Origin: Thermotogota bacterium
Lineage (GTDB): Bacteria > Thermotogota > Thermotogae > Petrotogales > Petrotogaceae
NCBI GenBank assembly: GCA_051748045.1
Contig: JBNJGY010000019.1
Span: 1 to 17,194, forward strand
Length of the DNA: 17,194 nucleotides
Reading direction: 5' to 3'
How positions within the stretch are numbered: the first letter of the stretch is position 1; every line of letters begins with the position of its first letter. Positions 1 through 8,245 of the stretch are shown here, one piece after another. Made by a program: the position numbers and the translations under genes. The notes under the pieces were generated by a model. That model had not been told where the DNA came from, ran no database searches, and saw only the letters and a list, made by a program, of their open reading frames with translations.

Positions 1-122
1 ATGTATTGTAAATATGTAAGGTCTATATCTTTTAAATATGGTTGATAAAGTCTTGTTATTAGTCTTGATGCTGTGTACATTGAAAAACATAGTTGATTGT
101 CTATTTTTAATTGTTCATCCAT
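1..122 (-). CDS. ohrR: OhrR-like MarR-family peroxide-sensing regulator (N-terminal part, truncated by window edge)
   Basis: My translation from ATG at 122 (minus strand) gives MDEQLKIDNQLCFSMYTASRLITRLYQPYLKDIDLTYLQY, which has the OhrR/OspR-type 'NQLCFxxY' peroxidatic Cys motif and an 'LTYxQY' motif. Starts 5 nt after the gpx stop. Absent from the supplied ORF track. Confidence 0.88.
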   Translation of the reverse strand, partial: MDEQLKIDNQLCFSMYTASRLITRLYQPYLKDIDLTYLQY

Positions 123-127
123 CTATA

Positions 128-610
128 TCACGCCTTTAGTAATTCTTCTACATCTTTTTTCATTTTCAAAGGTTTTTTTATTGGAGCAAATCTTTTTACT
201 ACATCACCATTTTTATCCACCAAAAATTTTGTGAAATTCCATTTTATATCTTTGCTGTTAAGAAGTCCTTTTACATTTTCTTTTAAATATTTATATATAG
301 GGTGTGTGTTTTCACCATTCACATCTATTTTATCGAAAATAGGGAATGTCACATCATAATTCAGTTTACAGAAACTTCTGATTTCCTCATTATCCCCAGG
401 TTCTTGGCTACCAAATTGATTACAAGGGAAAGCGAGAATTTCAAATCCTTGGTCTTTATATTCTTCATATAACTTTTGTAAATCTTCATATTGAGGAGTA
501 AATCCACATTTACTGGCTGTGTTGACTACTAAAACTACTTTCCCTTTGTAATCTTTCATATTTTTTTCAATTCCCATATTTGTCTTTGCTGAAAAATCAT
601 AAAAATTCAT
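128..610 (-). CDS. gpx: Glutathione peroxidase family protein (Cys type, probably thioredoxin-dependent)
   Basis: Motifs [21 protein letters not shown] and [11 protein letters not shown]. Catalytic codon is TGT (Cys), and there is a further Cys in FCKLNY. GAGGTGA RBS upstream. Confidence 0.95.
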   Translation of the reverse strand: MNFYDFSAKTNMGIEKNMKDYKGKVVLVVNTASKCGFTPQYEDLQKLYEEYKDQGFEILAFPCNQFGSQEPGDNEEIRSFCKLNYDVTFPIFDKIDVNGENTHPIYKYLKENVKGLLNSKDIKWNFTKFLVDKNGDVVKRFAPIKKPLKMKKDVEELLKA

Positions 611-640
611 ATTATCACCTCTTAATTAATTTTATAAAAT

Positions 641-658
641 TTAATTGCATACAATTAA
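641..658. promoter_or_regulatory. Putative OhrR operator, palindrome TTAATTG-CATA-CAATTAA
   Basis: 7-bp inverted repeat whose core AATTGCATACAATT resembles the B. subtilis OhrR box (AATTGTATACAATT). Overlaps the -10/+1 region of the gpx promoter. Confidence 0.72.
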
Positions 659-686
659 TTATATAATGATAACATTATAAAGTCAA
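658..686 (-). promoter_or_regulatory. sigma70-type promoter of gpx-ohrR
   Basis: Minus strand TTGACT (686-681), 17-nt spacer, TATAAT (663-658). Confidence 0.75.
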
Positions 687-694
687 GCTACTAA

Positions 695-703
695 TGATAT
701 AAT
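695..703 (+). promoter_or_regulatory. Extended -10 promoter element of the methyltransferase gene
   Basis: TGATATAAT (TGn-TATAAT) just upstream of the GGAGGT RBS and the ATG at 723. Confidence 0.5.
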
Positions 704-722
704 ATTTTTCGGAGGTGGGAAA

Positions 723-1334
723 ATGTATAAAGAAAATTTATTTAATGGTTGGGCAGAAAAATACGATAAGGATGTTTATAATACAGAAAAATTCCCCTTT
801 AAAAATTATAAAGATGTACTTTTTAAAATTTATAATCAAATTCCAGAAGAAAGATCAAAAGTTCTTGATTTAGGCTGTGGAACTGGGGAGTTGTCTAATT
901 TATTATCTAATAATGTAAAATTAGCAATTAACGCATGTGATTTTTCCGAAAAGATGTTGGAATTAGCTAAGAGAAAAAATAATGGTGTCGATTTTTTTAA
1001 ATTTGATATTAATGATGGATTTGAGTCCATCAACTATGATTTTGATTATATAGTCACTAGCTATGTTATTCATCATTTTGATTTAGACAAAAAAGCTTCT
1101 ATAATAAAAGAAGCATTTGATAATAACGAAAATCTTAAAAAATTTATTATTGGTGACATAATGTTTGAAAATAAAGAAGTTCATGAAAAACAAAAAGAAT
1201 TATGGAAAGGTCTTTACGATGAACAAGAACTGTATATAGAAGTTGAAGAACTTAAGAGTAAATTAGACGATTTTGAAGTTGATTATAAAAAAATCAACGA
1301 TTTCGCAGGGGTTTTAGTTATATCAAAAGAATAA
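723..1334 (+). CDS. Class I SAM-dependent methyltransferase, substrate unknown
   Basis: VLDLGCGTG motif I, DFSEKML motif, FDYIVTSYVIHH. GGAGGT RBS. Confidence 0.9.
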   Translation: MYKENLFNGWAEKYDKDVYNTEKFPFKNYKDVLFKIYNQIPEERSKVLDLGCGTGELSNLLSNNVKLAINACDFSEKMLELAKRKNNGVDFFKFDINDGFESINYDFDYIVTSYVIHHFDLDKKASIIKEAFDNNENLKKFIIGDIMFENKEVHEKQKELWKGLYDEQELYIEVEELKSKLDDFEVDYKKINDFAGVLVISKE

Positions 1335-1378
1335 AAGTGTCTACTGTAGTAGACACTTTTTGTATAAAAATGACTAGT
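1333..1378. repeat. 46-bp direct repeat, copy 1, containing a 13-2-13 palindrome; may double as a bidirectional terminator
   Basis: AAAAGTGTCTACT-GT-AGTAGACACTTTT-TGTATAAAAATGACTAGT. Matches 2648-2693 at 44 of 46 positions. Lies between convergent stop codons. Confidence 0.95.
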
Positions 1379-1389
1379 CCGATATACGT

Positions 1390-2619
1390 TCATTTAATAA
1401 AACCAATTAAATATAAAGGTATAATGTTCCCAAACCCGTTTATTTGATCATCTCTGAAGATATAGCCATTATCTATATTTTTAATTTGTTTTCTTGATTT
1501 ATTCTTTCCCCCGATTTCACATTCGATAACTTTGTCATCATAATTTACAGTGAAATCTACAATTTTTGAAGCTTGAATTTTTTCAACATTTTTTATTTGA
1601 GAAACAAAAAAAGATTCTCTAATATTTCCCAGCTCCGCAGAGCTATTCCACATTTCTTCAGCTAAAGAGTAATAAAGATTTGGATTATAAAAAAGGATTT
1701 TTGAGTTTTTTATGGATCTTAATTTACTATTATCTTCTCTTATTATATGAATCAAATCAGCTCTTTCCAATAAATCAAAAAAATCATAAAGAGTTTCTTT
1801 TGATACGCCTATTTCTTTGCAGGTTGAACTTACATTAATTGTTGGTACTTTTGAAGTTGTTAAAAAGGCTATAAGTTTCTTGATGGCATTAATTGAAGAA
1901 TATTTGATATTTTTAATTGAACTCAAATCTTCGTATATAATTTTATCTATTACATTGTTCAAAATACTCTTATATTCAGAATATGAATAGTTATAAAAAA
2001 ATGGATAAGCACCTTGTTTTAAATACTCTTTGAATTCTCCTAGTATATTAGGTATTTTATTTTTTAATTCAAGTGATATTGTTTCATGATTTTCTATAAT
2101 ATTTTCTAAAGATATTTTTTCAATTTTTTTGTTATGTTTTAAATTTAAAAATTCTCTAAAAGAAAGTGATTTTAAGTTATAAATCAAGGTTCTTCTAGAT
2201 AAGTCACCTTTTGCGTTGAGAATATCTATTTTGGAACTTCCCAAAATAATGAATTTTTTATCAGGATAAGAATCATATAATGCTTTAATTTCCTCAGACC
2301 AATTATTTTGCTTGTGGATTTCATCTATTATGACACATTCTCCATAGTATTTAAAATATTCTTTTACAGTATTATATATTCCATTTTTCAATATTAAAGG
2401 GTTATCAGCTGAAAAATATAAAGATTTTTTTATATTATTATATTTCTCTATGTAATGCTGTAGAACCAGAGTAGTTTTACCAGTGCCTCTAGCTCCGGTA
2501 ATTGTTATCATTCTAGTATTCCAGTTTATTTCATTATATAAAGATCTTTTGAAATCTAAACTTATATTTTTTATTATATTATTTTGAATGTTGAATAATT
2601 CAGATAGAATATTTTCCAT
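1390..2619 (-). CDS. AAA+ ATPase of AAA_14/DUF4143 type (P-loop, HTH-like segment, degenerate PD-(D/E)xK-like C-terminus)
   Basis: Walker A GARGTGKTT, Walker B VIIDEIHK, LGSS, DLSRR, GAYP, HTH-like STCKEIGVSKETLYDFFDLL, C-terminal VDF...ECEIGGK. Start moved from 2649 to ATG 2619 because a GAGGTGA RBS lies at 2631-2625. Confidence 0.88.
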   Translation of the reverse strand: MENILSELFNIQNNIIKNISLDFKRSLYNEINWNTRMITITGARGTGKTTLVLQHYIEKYNNIKKSLYFSADNPLILKNGIYNTVKEYFKYYGECVIIDEIHKQNNWSEEIKALYDSYPDKKFIILGSSKIDILNAKGDLSRRTLIYNLKSLSFREFLNLKHNKKIEKISLENIIENHETISLELKNKIPNILGEFKEYLKQGAYPFFYNYSYSEYKSILNNVIDKIIYEDLSSIKNIKYSSINAIKKLIAFLTTSKVPTINVSSTCKEIGVSKETLYDFFDLLERADLIHIIREDNSKLRSIKNSKILFYNPNLYYSLAEEMWNSSAELGNIRESFFVSQIKNVEKIQASKIVDFTVNYDDKVIECEIGGKNKSRKQIKNIDNGYIFRDDQINGFGNIIPLYLIGFIK

Positions 2620-2637
2620 TAATATCACCTCATATAG

Positions 2638-2646
2638 ATTATAACA
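2638..2646 (-). promoter_or_regulatory. Extended -10 element of the ATPase gene
   Basis: TGTTATAAT on the minus strand, between repeat copy 2 and the RBS. The -35 position falls inside the palindrome. Confidence 0.55.
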
Positions 2647-2647
2647 C

Positions 2648-2693
2648 AAAAGTGTCTGCTGCAGTAGACACTTTTTGTATAAAAATGACTAGT
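2648..2693. repeat. 46-bp direct repeat, copy 2, covering the ATPase promoter region
   Basis: AAAAGTGTCTGCT-GC-AGTAGACACTTTT-TGTATAAAAATGACTAGT. Two substitutions relative to copy 1. Confidence 0.95.
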
Positions 2694-2773
2694 AGGGCAG
2701 ACGAAATAGTTAATTTTGTTTTTTATTTATTTTGTACTAAAATAGTATCATATCTAAATTGGAGGAAAAATTT

Positions 2774-3358
2774 ATGAAAGATTTTTTAGTTTTTGATACA
2801 GAGACAACTGGCCTACATCCAGGAAATATTTGCCAATTATCTTACATTATAAACAACGAAAAAGAAGAGACAGCAAAAAATTTCTTTTTTACAGTTGATT
2901 ATATAGAACCAGGCGCTAAAAGAGTTCATGGTTTTACAGAAGAAAAACTTATAGAACTTTCTGAGGGTAAGAAATTTGTTGATTTTTTACCAGAGATAGA
3001 AAGAGATTTTAAAAGAGTGGATACAATCATTGCTCACAACATAAATTTCGATTTGAGATTTATGAAAGCTGAATTTGAAAATGCTGGAAAAGAATTTTCT
3101 TATAATGATTCTTTATGTAGTATGAGAAGGTTTACAGATATTTGTAAAATTCCGAATTATAATGGACGTGGATTAGGAAGATTCAAATGGCCTAGCCTTT
3201 TTGAACTTACAAAATATATGGAGATAAAAAAGCGAGATCTTGTTACAGAAACAACAAGACTTTTCGAAGATCCCAGATCTAAATTTCATGATGCGAGATA
3301 TGATACTGTGGCTGTTTATTTAAGTATAATAAAAGCTTTAGACCAAAAGTTGATATAG
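2774..3358 (+). CDS. Stand-alone DEDDh 3'-5' exonuclease (DnaQ/epsilon-like)
   Basis: ExoI VFDTETTG, ExoII AHNINFD, ExoIII HDARYD. ATG 2774 preferred over TTG 2759 because GGAGG lies at 2761-2765. Confidence 0.9.
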   Translation: MKDFLVFDTETTGLHPGNICQLSYIINNEKEETAKNFFFTVDYIEPGAKRVHGFTEEKLIELSEGKKFVDFLPEIERDFKRVDTIIAHNINFDLRFMKAEFENAGKEFSYNDSLCSMRRFTDICKIPNYNGRGLGRFKWPSLFELTKYMEIKKRDLVTETTRLFEDPRSKFHDARYDTVAVYLSIIKALDQKLI

Positions 3359-3363
3359 TCATT

Positions 3364-3400
3364 AAAAAAGCTCTCTGATTATTTCAGAGAGCTTTTTTTT
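3364..3400 (+). terminator. Intrinsic terminator after the exonuclease gene
   Basis: AAAAAAGCTCTCTGA-TTATT-TCAGAGAGC followed by a T8 run. Confidence 0.9.
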
Positions 3401-3494
3401 AGTGTTAACCATAAACTTGATATAATATAAAATTAATTAAATATTAAGCATTTTTAACATAAAAGGAGATAATTCTACATAATCATTCATATAA

Positions 3495-3519
3495 TTAGTT
3501 GATTCAATCAATTAACGTT
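3495..3519. promoter_or_regulatory. Putative XylR (ROK) operator, upstream copy
   Basis: TTAGTTGATTCAATCAATTAACGTT with a GTT-N13-AAC core. Shares ATAATTAGTTGATT with the downstream copy. Confidence 0.6.
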
Positions 3520-3547
3520 TTGATTAAAAAAATAAAAAGAATATAAT
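3520..3547 (+). promoter_or_regulatory. sigma70-type promoter of the sugar operon
   Basis: TTGATT (3520-3525), 16-nt spacer, TATAAT (3542-3547), between the two operator boxes. Confidence 0.6.
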
Positions 3548-3558
3548 TTTATAAATAA

Positions 3559-3583
3559 TTAGTTGATTGAAGAAACAAACTAA
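3559..3583. promoter_or_regulatory. XylR (ROK) operator, downstream copy
   Basis: 25-bp TTAGTTGATTGAAGAAACAAACTAA, close to the Firmicute xylO palindrome TTAGTTTGTTT-N3-AAACAAACTAA. A ROK repressor is encoded in the operon. Confidence 0.8.
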
Positions 3584-3603
3584 TAAAGATAGGGGGAGTT
3601 TTC

Positions 3604-4752
3604 ATGATTGAAAGTAGTAAATCTTCATCAGGAGATGTACTTAGATACGGAATGGTTGGAGGAGGACCTGGGTCTTTTATTGGAGATGTACATAGAAGAG
3701 CAATAGGTTTACAAGGGAATATGGAGCTTGTAGCGGGAAGTTTTTCTTCTGAATATCAAGAAACTCTTGAAACTGCTGAAAGTTTACATATAGATAAAAA
3801 AAGAGCTTATAAAGATTACAAAGAAATGGCAGAAAAAGAATCAGAGAGAGAAGATTGTATTGATTTTGTTAGTATAGTAACCCCTAATTTTTTACATTAT
3901 GATGTAGCAAAAACATTTTTAGAGAATGGAATTAATGTTGTTTGTGAAAAACCTATGGTTTTTAAAATAGAAGAAGCAGAAGAATTAGAGAAAATTGCAA
4001 CAGAGAAAGGATTGATTTTCGCTGTTTCATATACTTATTCCGGTAATGTAATGGTTAAACAAGCTAAAGAAATGGTAGATAATGGGGAAATAGGAGAAGT
4101 AAGAATGGTTATGGGAGAGTATCCTCAAGACTGGTTGGCTACAAAATTAGAAAATGAGGGTAATAGACAAGCTTCTTGGAGAACAGACCCTTCTAAAGCT
4201 GGAATAAGTAATGTTGTTGGGGATATAGGAAGTCATATAGAAAATACAGTCGCATTTATTACAGGATTGAAAATAAAAAAACTTTGTGCGGTTTTAGATA
4301 CTTTTGTTGAAGGAAGACCTTTAGATGATAATGCACAAATTTTGGTTAAGTATGATAACGGAGCAAGTGGAGTTTATTGGTGTTCTCAAATTGCAATAGG
4401 AAATGATAATGGATTAAAAGTGAGAATTTATGGAACAAAAGGTTCTTTAGAATGGGAACAAGAAGATCCAAATCATTTGAAATTCACTAAGTTAGGAAAG
4501 AATCCAATAATTATGTCAAGAGGTCGTGCTGATATGGAAGATTTGGCAGAAAAATATTCAAGATTACCAGCAGGTCATCCAGAAGGATATTTTGAAGCTT
4601 ATGCGAATCTATATTCTGCTATTTATGAAAAATTGACTAAAAAGACTAAAAATATTGAATTTACAACTGTTTCTGATGGATTGAATGGAGTAAAATTTAT
4701 TAATAAAGTAGTTGAAAGCCATAAAAGAGGCAATGTTTGGGTTGAATTATAA
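3604..4752 (+). CDS. Gfo/Idh/MocA family NAD(P)-dependent oxidoreductase
   Basis: Rossmann YGMVGGGPGSFIG, IVTPNFLH, VCEKP, WR, GDIGSH and C-terminal PAGHPEGY. GGGGGAG RBS. Confidence 0.92.
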   Translation: MIESSKSSSGDVLRYGMVGGGPGSFIGDVHRRAIGLQGNMELVAGSFSSEYQETLETAESLHIDKKRAYKDYKEMAEKESEREDCIDFVSIVTPNFLHYDVAKTFLENGINVVCEKPMVFKIEEAEELEKIATEKGLIFAVSYTYSGNVMVKQAKEMVDNGEIGEVRMVMGEYPQDWLATKLENEGNRQASWRTDPSKAGISNVVGDIGSHIENTVAFITGLKIKKLCAVLDTFVEGRPLDDNAQILVKYDNGASGVYWCSQIAIGNDNGLKVRIYGTKGSLEWEQEDPNHLKFTKLGKNPIIMSRGRADMEDLAEKYSRLPAGHPEGYFEAYANLYSAIYEKLTKKTKNIEFTTVSDGLNGVKFINKVVESHKRGNVWVEL

Positions 4753-4765
4753 GGGAGGATTTTGA

Positions 4766-5755
4766 ATGAGTAGACCAATAACAATTTTTACAGGACAGTG
4801 GACAGATTTATCTTTTGAAGAAATATGTAAAAAAGCATCAGAATGGGGCTATGATGGTCTTGAAATAGCTTGTTGGGGAGATCATTTTGACGTCACAAAA
4901 GCTTTAAGCCAAGAAGATTATGTAGATTATATAAAGGAAACTTTAGAAAAATATGATTTAAAGTGTTGGGCTTTAGGAGCACATTTAGCTGGTCAATGTG
5001 TTGGAGATGTGTATGATAAAAGACTAGATACTTTTGCACCAGAAGAATTAGCAGGTGATCCAGAAGCTATAAGAGAATGGGGAATAAAAGAGATGAAAGA
5101 TATAGCTAAAGCTGCGAAGAAATTAGGTGTGAAGGTTGTTACAGGATTTATGGGCTCTCCTATTTGGAAATATTGGTATTCATTTCCACCTACTCCTCAA
5201 GAAATGGTTGATGAGGGATTTAATATGATTAAAGAGTTATGGGGTCCTATTTTTGATGTTTTTGATGAAAATGGAATAAAATTTGCTTTAGAAGTACACC
5301 CGACAGAAATTGCGTTTGATTATTATTCAACTGAAAAATTGTTAAATACATTTGATAATAGAGAAGCTTTAGGAATTAATTTTGATCCAAGTCATTTAAT
5401 ATGGCAAGGGGTTAATCCAGCTATATTTTTAAGAGATTTTGCTTCTAAAATATATCATGTACACATGAAAGATGCGAAAGTTCTTTTAGATGGCAAATCT
5501 GGAATATTAGGTTCACATATTTCTTTTGGAGATCAAAGAAGAGGTTGGAACTTTAGATCGTTAGGTCATGGAAGTGTAAATTTTGAAGAAATCACTCGAG
5601 AGTTAAACGCTATGAACTATTTAGGCCCTTTATCTGTTGAATGGGAAGATAACGGAATGGATAGAGACTGGGGAGCGAAAGAATCTTTAGAGTTTACAAG
5701 AAAATATAATTTTGGTGCTTCTACTAAAGCTTTTGATAAAGATATGAAAAAATAA
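4766..5755 (+). CDS. Xylose-isomerase-like TIM-barrel protein (sugar phosphate isomerase/epimerase, IolE/AP-endonuclease-2 superfamily)
   Basis: GYDGLEI, ALEVHP, NFDPSH, HVHMKD and SVEWED supply the E/D/H/E metal ligands typical of the fold. Confidence 0.88.
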   Translation: MSRPITIFTGQWTDLSFEEICKKASEWGYDGLEIACWGDHFDVTKALSQEDYVDYIKETLEKYDLKCWALGAHLAGQCVGDVYDKRLDTFAPEELAGDPEAIREWGIKEMKDIAKAAKKLGVKVVTGFMGSPIWKYWYSFPPTPQEMVDEGFNMIKELWGPIFDVFDENGIKFALEVHPTEIAFDYYSTEKLLNTFDNREALGINFDPSHLIWQGVNPAIFLRDFASKIYHVHMKDAKVLLDGKSGILGSHISFGDQRRGWNFRSLGHGSVNFEEITRELNAMNYLGPLSVEWEDNGMDRDWGAKESLEFTRKYNFGASTKAFDKDMKK

Positions 5756-5767
5756 GGGGTTTTAAAA

Positions 5768-7273
5768 ATGGATAACATAATTCTTGAAACTAAAGGTATA
5801 TCAAAAGAATTTTCAGGGGTTAGAGTATTAAACGATATATCGATTGGTATAAAAAAAGGAGAGATTTTCGGTATTATAGGCGAAAATGGTGCTGGTAAAT
5901 CCACACTTATGAAAATTTTAAGCGGTATATATCATCCCACAGAAGGAGAAATATATTTTAATGGTCAAAAAGTTGATATTAAAAATAGAATAATATCTAA
6001 AGAATTAGGAATAACTATGATTCCACAAGAATTTAATCTGATTAATACACTAAATGTTTATGAAAATATTTTTTTAGGAAATGAGTATAAAAAGTCTATT
6101 CTTTTAGATAAGAATCATATGAAACAAAAAACAAATAAATTACTTGAAGATTTAAATACAAAAATATCTCCTGAATCAAAAATCCAAGATTTGAGTGTTG
6201 CACAAAAACAAATGGTTGAAATTGCTAAAGCTATGGCTTATGATTCAAAAATATTGATAATGGATGAGCCTACTACAGTGTTAACCAGGAATGAAATCGA
6301 CATTCTTTATGATCTAATGAAATCATTAAAAGAAAGAGGAGTTTCTATCTTATTCATTTCTCACAAATTAAATGAAGTAAAAAAAATATGTGACAGAGTA
6401 ATGGTTTTGAGAGATGGAGATATGATAGGCATTAGTGAAAATAAAGATATTGATGAAGAAGAAATGGCGAAAAAGATGGTTGGGAGAGAGTTAAGTGAAA
6501 TTTTCCCTGAAAAAAGCGATGTTGATGGAGATGTAAAACTTAAAATTGTTGATTTATTTTTAGATGATATTTTGAAAAATATTAATTTTTATCTTAAAAA
6601 AGGAGAAATTTTAGGTTTTTCAGGATTGGTTGGGTCTGGAAGAACAGAGTTGATGGAAACAATTTTTGGAATAAGGAAGAAAACCAGTGGAAAGATTTTT
6701 AAAGACAATGAAGAAATAACTATTAAAAATCCATCTGACGCATTCAAAAATAAAATAGCTTATCTTTCAGAAGATAGACAGGATAAAGGTTTAATTATGA
6801 ATTTTGATATACCACAAAATATTAGTTTAATATCCTTAAAAAAATATTCTAAAATACTTATAAACAAAAGAAAAGAGAAAAAGAAATCAGAAGAATATAT
6901 TAAAGAATTTGAGATAAGAGCAGCGTCTTTAAAAAATTTATTGATAAAACTAAGTGGTGGTAATCAACAAAAAGTTTATTTGTCTAAGCTAATGGATACA
7001 GACCCAGAAATTTTGATTTTAGACGAACCCACAAGGGGAATAGATGTAAACGCCAAAAGAGAATTTTATAAATTTATTAAACAGTTATCCGAAAAAGGTA
7101 TTTCTGTGATTATTGTATCTTCAGAATTAGAAGAGTTAATAGGGATGTGTAATAGGGTATATGTTATGAAAGAAGGAGAAATAAAAGGAGCGGTTGAAGA
7201 AGAAAAGATAACTGAAGAAAATATCATGTTTTATGCAACAGGTATAAAGGAAAGGAGAGAAACCAATGGCTGA
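5768..7273 (+). CDS. CUT2 monosaccharide ABC transporter, tandem ATP-binding protein (RbsA/XylG/MglA-like)
   Basis: GENGAGKST, ILIMDEPT, second domain GLVGSGRTE, EDR, LSGGNQQK, LDEPTRGID. Confidence 0.95.
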   Translation: MDNIILETKGISKEFSGVRVLNDISIGIKKGEIFGIIGENGAGKSTLMKILSGIYHPTEGEIYFNGQKVDIKNRIISKELGITMIPQEFNLINTLNVYENIFLGNEYKKSILLDKNHMKQKTNKLLEDLNTKISPESKIQDLSVAQKQMVEIAKAMAYDSKILIMDEPTTVLTRNEIDILYDLMKSLKERGVSILFISHKLNEVKKICDRVMVLRDGDMIGISENKDIDEEEMAKKMVGRELSEIFPEKSDVDGDVKLKIVDLFLDDILKNINFYLKKGEILGFSGLVGSGRTELMETIFGIRKKTSGKIFKDNEEITIKNPSDAFKNKIAYLSEDRQDKGLIMNFDIPQNISLISLKKYSKILINKRKEKKKSEEYIKEFEIRAASLKNLLIKLSGGNQQKVYLSKLMDTDPEILILDEPTRGIDVNAKREFYKFIKQLSEKGISVIIVSSELEELIGMCNRVYVMKEGEIKGAVEEEKITEENIMFYATGIKERRETNG

Positions 7274-8219
7274 AAAACAAAAAAGAAGATTTGATTATAG
7301 TAAATACGCTCCTCTAATAGCATTAGTTGTTTTATTTGTTATATCTGCTGTTTCGAGTCCATATTTCTTGCATACAAGAAATATATTGAATATATTAAGG
7401 CAAATTTCTTATACAGGATATATAGCTTTGGGTATGACTTTTGTAATTATATCAGGAGGAATTGATCTTTCTGTAGGTTCAATGGTAGCTTTAGCAGGTG
7501 GAATTGGAATTATCACTTTGAATGCAGCTGGTGGTGGAGTATGGGCTATTGTTTTAACTATTTTAGTTACTCTTGCAGTTGGAGCGGGTTTTGGCGCTTT
7601 GAATGGAATTGTTATTACAAAAGGTAAAATAGCACCTTTCATTGCAACTTTGGGTACTATGTCTATATATAGAAGTTTGACTCTTTATATTAGTTCTGCG
7701 GGAGAGTATAGGTCTCAGAGTATGATGTATCCAAATATTGGTTCTGGTAGTTTTCTTGGTATTCCTATACCGATTTGGTTGTTTTTTCTAATGGCTGTTA
7801 TTTATCACATATTATTAAATAATACAAGATTTGGTAGATATGTTTGTGCTGTTGGTTCTAATGATAAAGTGGCGAAGTATTCAGCTATCAAAGTAAATTG
7901 GATTAAATTTTTAACATACGCAATAACTGGTTTTTCAGTTGGACTTAGTGCAATTATGCTTTCTTCAAGGCTCAATTCAGTAAGTTCATCAAATACTGGG
8001 CTTGGGTACGAATTAGATGCTATAGCAGCTGTAATAATAGGTGGTACAGCGTTGACAGGAGGAAGTGGAAGTATTATAGGTACTGTTATTGGTGCTATGA
8101 TACTTGGAATAATAAACAACATGTTGAATATGCTGGGAGTATCACCATATTTACAAGGTACTGTTAAAGGTATAGTTATTATTTCAGCAGTTCTCATGCA
8201 ATATAAAAAAGAAAGATAA
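7266..8219 (+). CDS. CUT2 ABC transporter permease (RbsC-like)
   Basis: GMTFVIISGGIDLSVGS, PFIATLG, TRFGR, YELDAIAAVIIGG; multiple hydrophobic segments. Overlaps the ATPase gene by 8 nt. Confidence 0.95.
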   Translation: MAEKQKRRFDYSKYAPLIALVVLFVISAVSSPYFLHTRNILNILRQISYTGYIALGMTFVIISGGIDLSVGSMVALAGGIGIITLNAAGGGVWAIVLTILVTLAVGAGFGALNGIVITKGKIAPFIATLGTMSIYRSLTLYISSAGEYRSQSMMYPNIGSGSFLGIPIPIWLFFLMAVIYHILLNNTRFGRYVCAVGSNDKVAKYSAIKVNWIKFLTYAITGFSVGLSAIMLSSRLNSVSSSNTGLGYELDAIAAVIIGGTALTGGSGSIIGTVIGAMILGIINNMLNMLGVSPYLQGTVKGIVIISAVLMQYKKER

Positions 8220-8245
8220 TATCTTTCAGGAGGTGTCAGGGGATT

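Noticed and set aside
111-359. 82-aa plus-strand ORF
   Set aside because: Antisense shadow of gpx with no RBS or recognisable motif.
128-610. Possible selenocysteine GPx
   Set aside because: The active-site codon is TGT (Cys); there is no in-frame TGA.
836-1033. 65-aa minus-strand ORF
   Set aside because: Antisense to the methyltransferase gene; no support.
2620-2649. Longer ATPase start given by the ORF track (MCYNLYEVIL)
   Set aside because: This stretch contains the RBS and -10 element, so ATG 2619 is better supported.
1333-2693. 46-bp repeats as a CRISPR array or IS ends
   Set aside because: Only two copies 1.3 kb apart with no spacers or cas genes; direct rather than inverted orientation, and no transposase.
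3410-3490. TGATATAAT at 3418-3426 and an AAAGGAG RBS-like element near 3462 suggesting a leader peptide or sRNA
   Set aside because: No start codon at a suitable distance and no stable structure. It could be a second promoter, but this cannot be supported in such AT-rich DNA.
5617-8197. Minus-strand ORFs 5617-5904, 7409-7642 and 7805-8197
   Set aside because: Typical antisense shadows of well-supported sugar operon genes.
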